In this document: one piece after another, positions 39,301 through 50,200 of the stretch
Layout of the letters: each line of letters opens with the position of its first letter
Numbering within the stretch: position 1 is the first letter of the stretch
Assembly (NCBI GenBank): GCA_001724265.1
Contig: MEDY01000295.1
Coordinates: 1 to 61,151, forward strand
Length of the DNA stretch: 61,151 nucleotides
DNA from: Rhizaria sp. SCN 62-66
Taxonomy: Eukaryota
Direction of reading: 5' to 3'
The notes under the pieces: generated by a model
What the model saw: the letters and a program-made list of their open reading frames with translations, nothing else
What the model was told of the DNA's origin: nothing
Databases searched by the model: none
Position numbers and translations under genes: made by a program

Positions 39301-42300
39301 GTCATGTAGTCGGCGTATGTGGTCTTAGTTGCGCTGAAGCGCAGGACACGTGGAGTAAATTTACCGCTGCCGTCATTATCAATACTACTACAATCAGAAA
39401 ACTGTAGCAACACTGTACTTATCGGCGTAATCGTGCACGACAGCGAAGAATACTTAGTCGTAAGTGGCGACTTTGCGACTAGGCCTGGCGCAAACACGAG
39501 CGTTTCTGCCATTGCTGCTAGGGTTGAAATGTTAAAAGACCAGCTAAACAACGCCATGTGAGCGTAAACCACAACTTCCCAGTCAACGTCAACCGGGGCT
39601 GTGGCATGTTCCGGATCACGCGGGTTCACACTGCTTGCAAGCTGTGCAACCACAGGGTAAATGACAAAGTCAAAGGGATATGTTGTTGAAACGTACGAAA
39701 TGTCGATAGCGCCAGCGCGGGCAATGGCACCTGTGTTTGAGCTTACAGTGAGACACGTGTTTGTGATAATGGGATAGTAGTCAAACGTATCTGCGTCAAA
39801 CCTAAAGCTGAGGACTGTCGATCCACTTGTAACGCGGTACAACGTCGCTGAACTGGTTGCCATACTGTTAGAGCCGCCTGATAATGTGAGTCCCGGGCAT
39901 ACGCTCGAATCAAGTGCAACGGTGTAGTCAAACGTGACGGATGATGGTGTCGACATATACATGTAAAAACGCGTCTGAATCTCAATTTGCCGCGTTGATA
40001 AAGTCGCACCACGTACTATCGAACGAGATATGGCCCCGATGTGCCAGAAGTATGGAATAGCATCAGTCGGGCGCGCAACAATGTTTGCGATGGAAGGCAA
40101 GCCCGCTGAGTTGACAGGTGTGCGCAACAAAAGAGCATTAGGCAGCAAGACATATGGATCTTCATCCGTTACACGTGCGGCGGCGTTATTGTGTGCAATC
40201 TGTAGGTTGGTGAACACACAGAATATTGAGGCAGATGAATTAGCTGTGAAGCTTTCGGTCAATGTAAAGCTAACCGCAGTGCTTGTAGGTGTGCCACTAA
40301 TAACGCACTGCCCGGAGATTGTCACACCAGATAGATCAAAACAGGATGCAATTCCGGAGGCCAGTGTGAGGACTGCACCAGCCGCGAAGGTCTCACCGCG
40401 GACAATCGCAATTGTTGCTGTAATCAGTGTTATTGTTTGTGTGAAGTCTAAAGCAACGGGACTAATTGCAAAAGCAGTTGTTGTAAACGTGTAGGGCGTT
40501 TGAGCAGGTCCAATGGCAATATCATGTAAGGCTGTAACTGTTACTGCCATGGTGTCTGTTAGAGTGAAACACGATTGTGGCACTAGTTGATTTGATGCGT
40601 ATAACGTCGAATATACGTTGTTTAATTTGTACGCCGCAGCAAGCTGGAAACCAATAAATTTGGGCTGATCAGGCATGCACGCTGCGGGCATTGACATCGC
40701 AGTAAAACCGCCACTGTAGCGACTCACGCATGTGCCATTAGTCTGACTATTAATCAAAGCAACCGGTTGGCCGGAAACAAAAGCACCACAGCCACTTTGT
40801 ACAACGAAATTATAAGGGATAAACACATTTGTGTGGGGGAATAGATAAAGATGGATCTTTGCCGTCAAATCCACTCCCGTCCATGTGATATCAGTCAACA
40901 CAGTCGTAAACTAAAAGGGGAGACTTGACGTAATGGGCGCGCCAAGAGATGATCCTGCAAACGCTGGCATTGTTAAGGAGTCGTTTCCAGCAGTCACATA
41001 AGTAAGGTCGACTGTAAAGCTAAACTCGTTGTCTGAAAACGACGTTTTCTCGTAGGGAACTGTGTACTCACCAGTATAGAATGAGAAAAACATTGCGGGC
41101 GTTAGTATAGACGAGCACGTAATGCTGCCCATTGCGTAGCCGGAGCAGGCACCTGTCAAACCTGTCGAGCTCGTGGTGACCATGCCCGACGATGCGCTGT
41201 AGCTGTAGACGACAGTTGCAGCTGAGATGCGTTTAAAGAAAAACAAACGGACAAAGTAGTTTTGTCTCGATGAGCCCGTGACCGTTGGTGTGAGTGTGAC
41301 GGCATCCGCAACGGTCGCAGTCGTGATTTTGTCGAGTAAAGCGCAGCCACTGCGCTTGGTTTGGAGATCGTGGCATCGATTGTGTCATCAGACATATCGG
41401 TGTTTTGCTGCGATGCACTGACGCCAGAGGCTGTCGTGACAGCGCCTTCAGATACGTTGTACGTCTTGAACAAGGAGAGGTAGTTCGCGTACGTGGAAGT
41501 CACAGGACCAAACCGGAACACACGTGGTGCATAGTAGTTACTAGAGCCGCTGACATTACTACAGTCACTCGCAGAGACCGCAGCTGCGGTGCTATACGTG
41601 ACCGTACAGTCAATCTGTGTCAGCCCAGAGCTGGCGGTAAATAACGATGTCGGAGTCGCAGTCGTGCTCGACGCAAATGCGCTACGGGAAGCAAGGTCAC
41701 CCTGCAATGTGAGTGTGAATCCCCAACCGGCAGCAAGCGTTTTATGTGCGTAAACAATGACTTCGTACTCTAGGTCAACAAAAGCTGCTCCATGTGTCAT
41801 GCCGCTTAAATTGATGCCAGATTGTAGAGTCGCACGCACAGGATAGAACAAAAAATCAAAGTGACGTGAGTACTCTGACACTGGCTGCACTGCACCAATA
41901 GCCCGTGTAATCGACCCCATACTAAAGCAAGACAAGTCTAATAAGTAACGCGCCGTGTTTGTGACATCAAATGTAATCGAGAAAGTTGTGTCTTGTGTGA
42001 CGCGAAAATCGCCCGTTGGCGTAACGGAGTTCGAAGGTGTCACAATTAAAATGTCAGAACATGACGATATGACTGTGTACGAGATGACCGCCGAGTTCGG
42101 GTTGGTGGCGTACAAATATACGCGCAACCCGACATTGATTGCACGCGTAGCTGACAGCACAGAGCCTCGGACGAGGGAGCGGTCGCTTGGCGACATGTGC
42201 CACCAGTAGGCTGCCGTATTAATGGCACGGATGACAATGTTGGCAGATGCGGAAACGCCAGTTGTAATTGCCGGCGACGTAAGAATTAACGCGTCTTTGT

Positions 42301-44755
42301 TGATTATATACGGGTCGTTTGCCGACACGCGCGAGTCCGTATTGGCAAAAACAACGCGCAGATTGGCAACGGAACAATAGATTATGCTTCCGACATTTGC
42401 GGAAGCTGTTAATTTAATTGTTAACTTGTCACTTACTTGTGTTGCAATAGCACACGTGCCGCCTGAAACTGTGGCAGACGAAAAGTCAAAGGATGTAAGC
42501 GCCACAGTGAAAGCAAGCAGCGAGCCTGAGGAAAGAGCTTGACCAGTCATGATTGCAAATGTTCCAGCAAACGTTGAAACAACTTGGGCATAGTTTGTTG
42601 CTTCTGGAGTAAGAACTAGCGAGCTTGGAGTGTAAGTGTACGATAGTGTGTGCATGTTGGCAATAATGGGATCTGCCAGTGATGTTGCAACAGTGGTAGG
42701 CGTTCCCGTGGTTGATCGTGTTGTCAGATAAATCATCAGGCAATATCCTGGAATAGCTGGTTCCTTATTGTCCATTGGCGCCTGTACATTAGTAATGCTG
42801 AGCTGAATCCCACCTGCAGCACTTATAGATGCACCGACGTTGCATTGAAAAATAAAACGCGTTGTGTCAGCTGAAACTGTGGTGCACCCTGTGTTTGCAA
42901 TTGTCGACTCTGGCGAGAAGAAGACCGGAGAGTCTGAACAGAAGCGTATCACACCACGCATGCCACCACCGTTGTTAAAAAACACCTCGAGCCCGGTATT
43001 GTACCACGTTGAGAATGATGTCGTATACAAGTTGTTCGAGCCTGAAGTGCCCGTGAGTACTAGGCCCACAACTTCGAGCTGAAGCTGAGCAGGCGTATAG
43101 ATGCGGGTTGAAGCGTAGTAGTTACCACATCCAAAGTAGTCCCAGTAACTCGCATTCATATACGTAAAGCATGTTGCTGGGCGCGCCGCTACCTTCAGAT
43201 CTGATGACGAGAATGTTGAGAGTGTGTCGTTAGTGGTCGCTAGAAAGCGCAGCGTAAGGCTGTTTGCAATATCATGTTGATAGAATGGATAACCAAGATC
43301 AAGCATGAAAACATAGTCAGTGTTTGATTTCTTCTATTTAAGTGATATAGACTGAATTGGCGCTTCGTTGGACTCAATAAGTGGTTCTGAAAATGGGAGG
43401 TAGGGATGACCTGGAGTGATGTAAGTGAGTGAGTCAATAATGGCGCCGGACGAGGTTGAAATCTCAATATCAAAATCGCACTGATTTGTGTAAGTAAACG
43501 TATAAATCGCGTCTGCGTGCGCAGCTTTAATTGACGCCAATGAACGTTCTATAATATTGCGTATGTTAACTTCTAGAATAAACGACGTTTCTAGGGGGGA
43601 CCCCACGCTTAAGATTGCTACAGAAAGCTGGTATGGGTCATGTACTGCCACTGAAGTGTTGACTGTCATTTTTGTTCCCCCGATTGAGTACTGTGCGGCA
43701 AGTAGCCTGTAAAGCGTGATGAAATTTGAGTCAAAAGTTGATCCGCTTTTTGAAACAGATGCCGTCGGGCCATAACCGGATCCTACAGTTGATGTCCACA
43801 TCTTTTGCGTGAGCGCTAAAGTGCTGGAACATCCAGACACGACTAAGCCCGACGGCAAGCAGGGGGTGTAGCTGCAATTCTTAAATGCGGTTGCAGTGCT
43901 ACATGGCGAATCTACAAATGCATTGTTCTGAGGGAAGAGTGTCAAGTACGTCGAGAGTGTAAACGACGAGCAGCCTGTACACGACAGAGATATGAGTGTC
44001 TATGAGGCAAAGAGAAAGCTAGCATCTAACACGCCCTCCTAACTTTCATACCTTACCTCTGACACAACCCTGACTCCATGAACAGTACCACCTGCTGCAG
44101 CCTGCGTCGCAAACAAATGATCTTGTTGCTGTTGCGGTAGTGCTGTGGGGAAGAACGTGTTGGAACTTGGGTTAGCTAAAAGGTAGTCAGCATTCTTATA
44201 AATGCCTTGAATTCTTTTAAAGTTACTGAGGAGACCTTCATGTTGTTGTAGGTGTTTTTGTGCGTGCAGCAACGCGAAGCGTTCGTCACGAGCGGCAGCG
44301 ATGCGCTCGGCTTGGAGAGCGACGACCTGCTCCTGAGTCTCGAGCGGCGTGCCGGGGGTAAGCGGCGGCGGAAGTCCGTCAAGTGGCTCGCCAAGCTCGG
44401 CCCCAAGGGCACGCCAAAGGCCCGGGGGCAAGTGTGCCGGGTTCTGGAGCAAGAGGCTGTGCAGCGTCACATTCTTGATGTTGAGGCGATCGACGAATGT
44501 CTTGTACAGAATGGTGCGTGGCAACGAGTTTAGGTTGAACGGGAAAGAGCTGGGGAGTGCTGAAACAGGAAAGTTGGCTTTAGGAGAGTACTAAGAGGCG
44601 TCAACGCTGCTCTGCTATTGTGCCTGCTCTGAGTTGGCATAGCCCGCTAGAGAGACTGAAGTTGCAGAGCCTGAAGGAGCACAAAACATCACCATGAAGA
44701 ATGCCAACATGGCGAGCGCGATGAACGCGTCTCTGATACCCCATCTCCCAAACAT
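15378..44755 (-). CDS. Giant (~9,800 codon) multi-pass surface or receptor-like protein; up to 8 in-frame TAGs and 4 frame breaks
   Basis: ATG at 44755 (upstream in-frame TAA at 44816-44818) followed by a signal peptide. Successive ORFs join in frame through TAG at 44615, 44591, 44039, 44000, 43334, 40911, 33425 and 16743. Frame changes near 41330, 38765, 33415 and 26655. Domain order is coherent and the gene ends with TAA at 15378-15380. It may be a damaged allele or carry assembly errors. Confidence 0.78.
16040..19125 (-). other. Multi-pass membrane module (~9 hydrophobic helices) split by a ~660-aa low-complexity loop
   Basis: Preceded by C..GH.GPLC.VC..GY; contains FKVAVSGLQV...WP, SLDC, HP.VT..FF..LSC, FLYRGYK...YYW.....RK and KPF. 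This pattern is typical of protist Cys-rich TRP-like transmembrane proteins. Confidence 0.75.
19740..20730 (-). other. Two IPT/TIG-like domains followed by TNFR/ephrin-receptor-like Cys-rich repeats
   Basis: CPTDGGDIRLTVTGSGF...VGGRQC...LTCKLPAGSG and a second similar unit; then repeated C..C.PG.(F/Y) units. Confidence 0.75.
21556..23460 (-). other. Eight Sushi/CCP modules plus one calcium-binding EGF domain
   Basis: Eight repeats of C...Y.C..G(Y/F)...C....W....P.C, then DIDEC...C...CINTFGSYVC. Confidence 0.85.
36210..42650 (-). repeat. Three tandem, diverged ~715-aa (~2.15 kb) protein modules
   Basis: Motifs recur at that period: DPY(I/V)..; PRV(F/L/I)RF...TYA(N/D)Y; QQNT; (I/L/V)FFF; V(P/S)YE; CMP..QPK(Y/F). 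Confidence 0.85.
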
Positions 44756-45540
44756 TCTGTTCTGCAGTAACAATAGTGGCGCTGGTGATAGCACTGTCAC
44801 CACAGAAAGTGGGTGTTATGTACGTCTAGCGAGCACAGATTGTGGTGGAGGGCCGGTCTTACTGAATGCGAGCCGCTAGGCAATGCTTATGTCCTCTGTT
44901 CTAGGGTCAGACAAGATTGCAATCACAGGACAAAACGTGGTGAGCCAGGATAAAATGAAGTGATATCACAACTTGCATGTGTGACCATGGTGAGTCGAAA
45001 AGAAGTTGGTGGCTGAGGTCGCACTGGGCGACAGCTGCTTCCCAGGAAATATTGCTCTAATATACTATCAATACAGGGCTTTTGAGCAAGCCAGCCCGCT
45101 AATTAGATGTGAATATGAGTGATCTGTCTAATGATGTTTGACACCGACTCGCTCCCTGGAGTCTTGGCGAGCTATCGAGCGCGAAATGAGATACTGTCAC
45201 CATGGCGCCTTTGGGGCCTAGTCGACTGCCTGCAGCCGAAATAGGTGCCCATAAAATCGAAGCACCGCAAAGCCTATAAGTTTCCAAGTACAATATTTTG
45301 TGTGCTAACTATATGCCGAGCTCAAATCTTCAATCCTGCTTTTAAAACACCGAAATACACTGGAGTCTGACACCCGTCGGGCGACTCTTCTTCTCCACAG
45401 GGTCGCCAGTCTGCTTCTTCAGAATTTTTTTTTTTTACTGCGGTGGATTTTTCGGCCCTGGTGACAATCCGCGACTCCACCAAACTTGCTTGCTTGAGAA
45501 GCAGGTTAACCTTGAGAGAGTATATTTCTGTAATGAGATC

Positions 45541-45635
45541 GTAAGTGGCTGCGAGATTGAATTATTTTTTTTAAGTGCATGATTTATATATGTTTCGCTT
45601 TTATTACTTTGTGAAATTGTTATTGTGTTTCACAG
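45541..45635 (+). other. Possible 95-nt intron in a 5' leader or small upstream ORF
   Basis: GTAAGT...T-rich...TTTCACAG, clearly more AT-rich than its flanks; no long ORF around it. Confidence 0.4.
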
Positions 45636-46132
45636 TGGACATGAACGGTTTGCCACCCGTTGGAGTGGCTGAACTTGCTCCAACTCTTCATTTCTCGCTG
45701 TACAAGTCGGCTCTATCGTCGTTTTGGGCGGTGATACTTTGGGTGCCTTAACAACGCGGCTGATCATAACCCAAACTGCTATTTAGCAGGCAATCTGATA
45801 CGCCTGTGTGTTTGCAGATCTTCGTTAGCTTCCCTCGCTTTGAAATTGCGACTTGAGACCACGGCAATTACGCGACTCTATAGCACGTCGTACTGCAAGA
45901 TATTGAAAACCGTGTCTTCTGCACCACTATCTATATGAATTTTGTCTATGGAACCGACTTTGTTATGTCTTTCAATCTTTGTTTATCATCTTCGCAGCAT
46001 CGTTTGTTTTTAACTTTCGCGGAAACAGTTGGCTTTAACGCTAAATACTCTCGGCTGTTCAGGACGCTAGCACAGCTCTCGCAGCGCGTACAAACCGATC
46101 AGCATAGCATCGCGGAGTCTCGACTGCACAGA

Positions 46133-46957
46133 ATGGCCGACAACGGCAAGAACGTTGAGGAAGCCACGCGCGAGGCCCTTGTGTCTCTCCTCTCCAACGT
46201 ACGTCTAAACCCCGCATACCATGTCACTATATCGCACTTTTCGACACAATGATTCTATCAAAGTCAAAGTAATTCAAGATATAGTACGACTCAAATATTG
46301 AAACACGATTTAAGTTAAATTAACACATAAATCATGATATCTATGTTGTTTACTCGTTCACAGTTCCGCCAGTTCACCGCGAACCTCGAGTCGCTGCGCG
46401 CCGACGTCAACACACTCGACGGACTGATTCGCCGCACAGAACACAAGGTCGACCTCACGCACACGCCATTTGAGCGCGAGTACTATACTCTTGTTGGAGA
46501 ATTCAAGAGCAAAATCGCCGAAATTGCCGCCGCAATGCCCTCCGCCGCCGCCCAGTCAAACTCACACTCCAACTCACAGTCTCAGCAGGCCCAGGCTCAG
46601 GCGCAGGCGCAGGCGCTGTTGCAGTAGCAGGCGCTGCTGCTGCAGACGCAGGCTCAGAGCTCTGAGCCCGTCTCTGTCGCTGCGACAGTGGCCGCGCTGG
46701 GCCCAGCGTTGGCCGCAGCTATTACCGCCTTTCCGGCTTCCCTTTCAGCCCCTAACGACCACAGCAACAACAACAAGAAGAGCGGCGCTAACGCGAACAG
46801 TGCGAGTGCGAGTGGCGTTGGAAAGGGCCGGCGTAAGAGTGCTGCTGCTGGTGCTGGTGCTGGTGCTGGCTCAGCTAATGCGAGTGCAAGTGCAACTGAT
46901 GCTAAGACGCCTGTCACCGGCCGCAAGCGGCGCGCGCCTGAGGTTGAGGCTGATTGA
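46133..46957 (+). CDS. Small two-exon protein (~219 aa): helical or coiled-coil N-terminus, low-complexity basic tail; in-frame TAG at 46625-46627
   Basis: Exons 46133-46198 and 46364-46957 join in phase 0 (VSLLSN|FRQFTAN). CAG-TAG-CAG links ORF 46334..46627 to ORF 46688..46957 in frame. Ends with TGA. NLS-like GRRK and RKRR lie after the TAG. Confidence 0.8.
46199..46363 (+). other. Spliceosomal intron, 165 nt
   Basis: Donor GTACGT, acceptor TTCACAG, AT-rich; removal keeps the frame. Confidence 0.85.
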
Positions 46958-47267
46958 GCAATATATTCATACTTATTGGACTTCTATGCTAGATTGTGTT
47001 CCACCAAGATAATTGTCAAGCAAATGCCATCAGATGACACCTTGACGGATGTCAATGACTGGCCCCAAACTCTTTCTGGTTGAAGATGAAGTATATCATA
47101 AAGTGGAAATAAACTAAAAATCACTAGTATATTTAAAAAACTTAAATAAATTCAACATAAATACTAATTTTTAAATAACTCTCACCAAGCTTTAGACATA
47201 TCTCGAGCTTCAGTAGGATTTGACACTCAAGAGCGAGCAACTAAGTCTCCCCTTAGTCGTCCCTACC

Positions 47268-50200
47268 TTAGACCGCCTGCCCCACTGCCCCCGGCAGCAT
47301 AACCGCAGCGGCAGCAACAAACCACAGCGGCAGAAACAGATTATCCACATGCGCCGTCGCGGCCTCTAGCAACGCCGCCCCTGCCGCTAAGACAGCGACG
47401 GCTCCAGCCCCCACTGAGTCGCCGCCGCGCGCGAGTCCCCCCAGCACCGCAGCCACCGCGGCCCCCGTGGCGGCGGCGGCGGCGAGCGTGCCCGCGAGCG
47501 TTTTGCGCCCTCCTCCGGGCCAGCGCGGCCCGCGGAGTAGGGTCCCGGCGATCGAGGCCGCGGAGTCGCCGACGCCCAGTGTGATGAGGCCGGCGAGCGC
47601 GGTGACCGTGGCCGCGGCAGGCAGCTCGGGCGCCCACCAGGGCTCCATCACCGAGGGCGCAAACGGGCTCACCACAGCAGGGTCAGATGAGCTGTGACTG
47701 GGCGGCTCAGACTGCTGACTCTGACTGTGGCTATGAGAGTCGTCCTTGTTTTCATTGTTGTTCTTGTTTACGTGGGAGTCTAAGGAGATGGTACTTGGAT
47801 CAGGCTGTTCTTGGACAGGGCGATAGGGCGTATATATAACATGGCAGACATCAAAGTTGTCATTGTTTAAGTGTGACTGCAGTGACTGTGCGCGTGAGAA
47901 AGCGTTCAACACGACAGTGGACAGCAGTGGCGGCACCGCAGGCGCTTCCCCAGCCGTGAAATCAATACGACTGCGACTAGAACTAAAGGCACTGTTACTA
48001 TCATCGTTGCGACTCTTGTCGCTCTTGCTGTTGCTGTTGCGATTGATATTGATCTTATTGATGTCGTTAAAGACGACAGAGCTGCAGCGTAACGGCCGCG
48101 TCGTCGGTGCACTGATGCCCAGGGCCCGCCACGCTGCCGCGACGACGGCCGCAGCCGCAGGCGCCGCGGGCCCCTCGAGCGGGGTCGCCACCGCCAGGGC
48201 GCGCGCGGGCGCCGTGGGCAGCGGTGCCAGTGCCGTGACCACCCAGACCGGCACCGCGCATCCTAACAGGAGAAACACGTGGGTCAGCGTGAGCTCGCCA
48301 GAGTCGCGGGAGTCGGTGAAGGCGCTGTAAAACGACTGGAGCAGCGGGCCGAGCGGGCGGAGACGCGGGGCGCGCACGGCTTCGGCCAGCAGAAACAGCG
48401 CCAGCGCCGCTGCCAGGGCTAAGGAGGCGAAGCCCGGGTCAAGCAGGATAGGCGGTGCGAGTAACATGACTGCAAGCAAGTGGTAACCTTTGCGGAGAAT
48501 GGTCAGTGGCGTGCTCACGGTCACTTTAGGGCTACTCACGGTCAATTTAGGGCTGCTCACGGTCACAGCTTGGTAGTGGTCTGCTTGATCGAAGTCGTCG
48601 TCGCTGCTCAGCGTCACTCCTTGTTGCTGCTGTTGTAGCTAGGCAGCATTGCTCACAGTCATGTTCGCACTGCTCCGGTCCACATGAAGCTCGGCAGTTG
48701 CCGTGAGGTCGCTCACAGTCATCTCCTTACTGCTCACGGCCACTTTGCTCACGGTCAGTCGGTCCAGAACAAGGGACGCACGGTCACTGTTCTTCGCAAT
48801 CACAGCATAACCCCTGCTCGCGTTCATGGAAGCGCCGGCACTCGTGCTGCGCACGGCTTTAAAGCACTTGCTATACACTGACTGCTGCTTCTGTGCTTTG
48901 TGATTCACACGACTAGCGTGCTTACATCCGCGTTGATTCGTGTTCTTGTCCCCTTCACAGTCGCTGTTGCTGTTGTCGTTGTCGCAGCAGCCCTCGTTGC
49001 CGCTTTTGACCGCCGCGACCGCGACCCCGCCCACCACAAGCGCGAAACACGCCCCCAGCAGCCAGACGCGGGGCGCCGCGGTCCCCGCCGCGACCGCGGC
49101 CGCCAGCAGCCCACGCGGTGACTGTGAGCCCACGGGGTACGGCCCCGCCGCCACACCGGCCAGTGACGCCGCCAGCGGCAGCAGCAGCGGGGACGGCGCC
49201 AGCAGGAAAGAGAGAAACCACGATAGCGGCTCTTGCGGCAGCGCGAGCGTGACCAAGACGTAACACACGGGCAACAGTACGGCAGACAACACGAGCAACA
49301 CACGGGAGCCACGGCCAGACGCGTCTACGTGTCCCTCAGACCTAGAGCCCCCGTCAACAGCGTCTAAGTGCCCCTTAGACGTATCACTACCTGCACTCTT
49401 GTGATCGCGATTGCGATTATGTGGCTGTGCGTTATCGTCCTCTGTTGTTGTTGTTGCTGCTGCTGATATGATGAGTGGGAGGTCTAAGTACCCCTTACAC
49501 AGCGCCAGCGACACTGCGGCAAACAGTGCCCCGGCCGCGGCCACTGCTAGAGCCGCCGCAAGTGGAGGGTACAGAGGCTGAGCCAGCAGCGACGGTAACG
49601 GCTTCATAGTCAGCTGCCTCGCCGTGGTCGAAGACAGCGATGACCACCACGTTGACCACGATGACTGTGGGACACCACCGCCAGCGACCGTGAGCATCGT
49701 ATCCGCGACCGCGAGCACCGCAGAGATGACCGTGAGCAGTGTTTGCGTGACTGTGGGCAGCGCGACCGCGGCCCACAGAGCTGCGGGAGCTGCTGTAAGC
49801 AAACAAAGGCACCGAACATCACTGGCACCAAGAGATAACGGCGCTATAGCGCGAGCGCCGCGTAATAAAAGCACGGGCAGCGCTGTCAAAAGCGACAATA
49901 GCGCTACGAGGGAGACGGCGGCGACTACGGTCTGAATATCAGCGTGATAGACATCAATTGCGTTGCTGCTAATTTTGTTGTCGTTTTCGCTCCGAGTGGC
50001 TGCGAGCGGAGGGCGGTGGTGACGCGGCAGCAGCGACAGCAACGCCGGTCCCTCAGAGCCTGCAGTGACCGCGAGCACCCATCGCGCGGCTGTAGCAGTG
50101 GCCGCGAGCGCAGCGCGGGCGACCGCGAGCAGGCCAGAGCCAGAGCCCAGCGCCAGGCCAAGGCCGAGGGCGGCCGCGGCGACGGCGGCCGTGACCAGAG

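Noticed and set aside
48525-48552. Two TTTAGGG telomere-like heptamers
   Set aside because: They are part of the coding 21-nt repeat in DOLK and do not form a tandem array.
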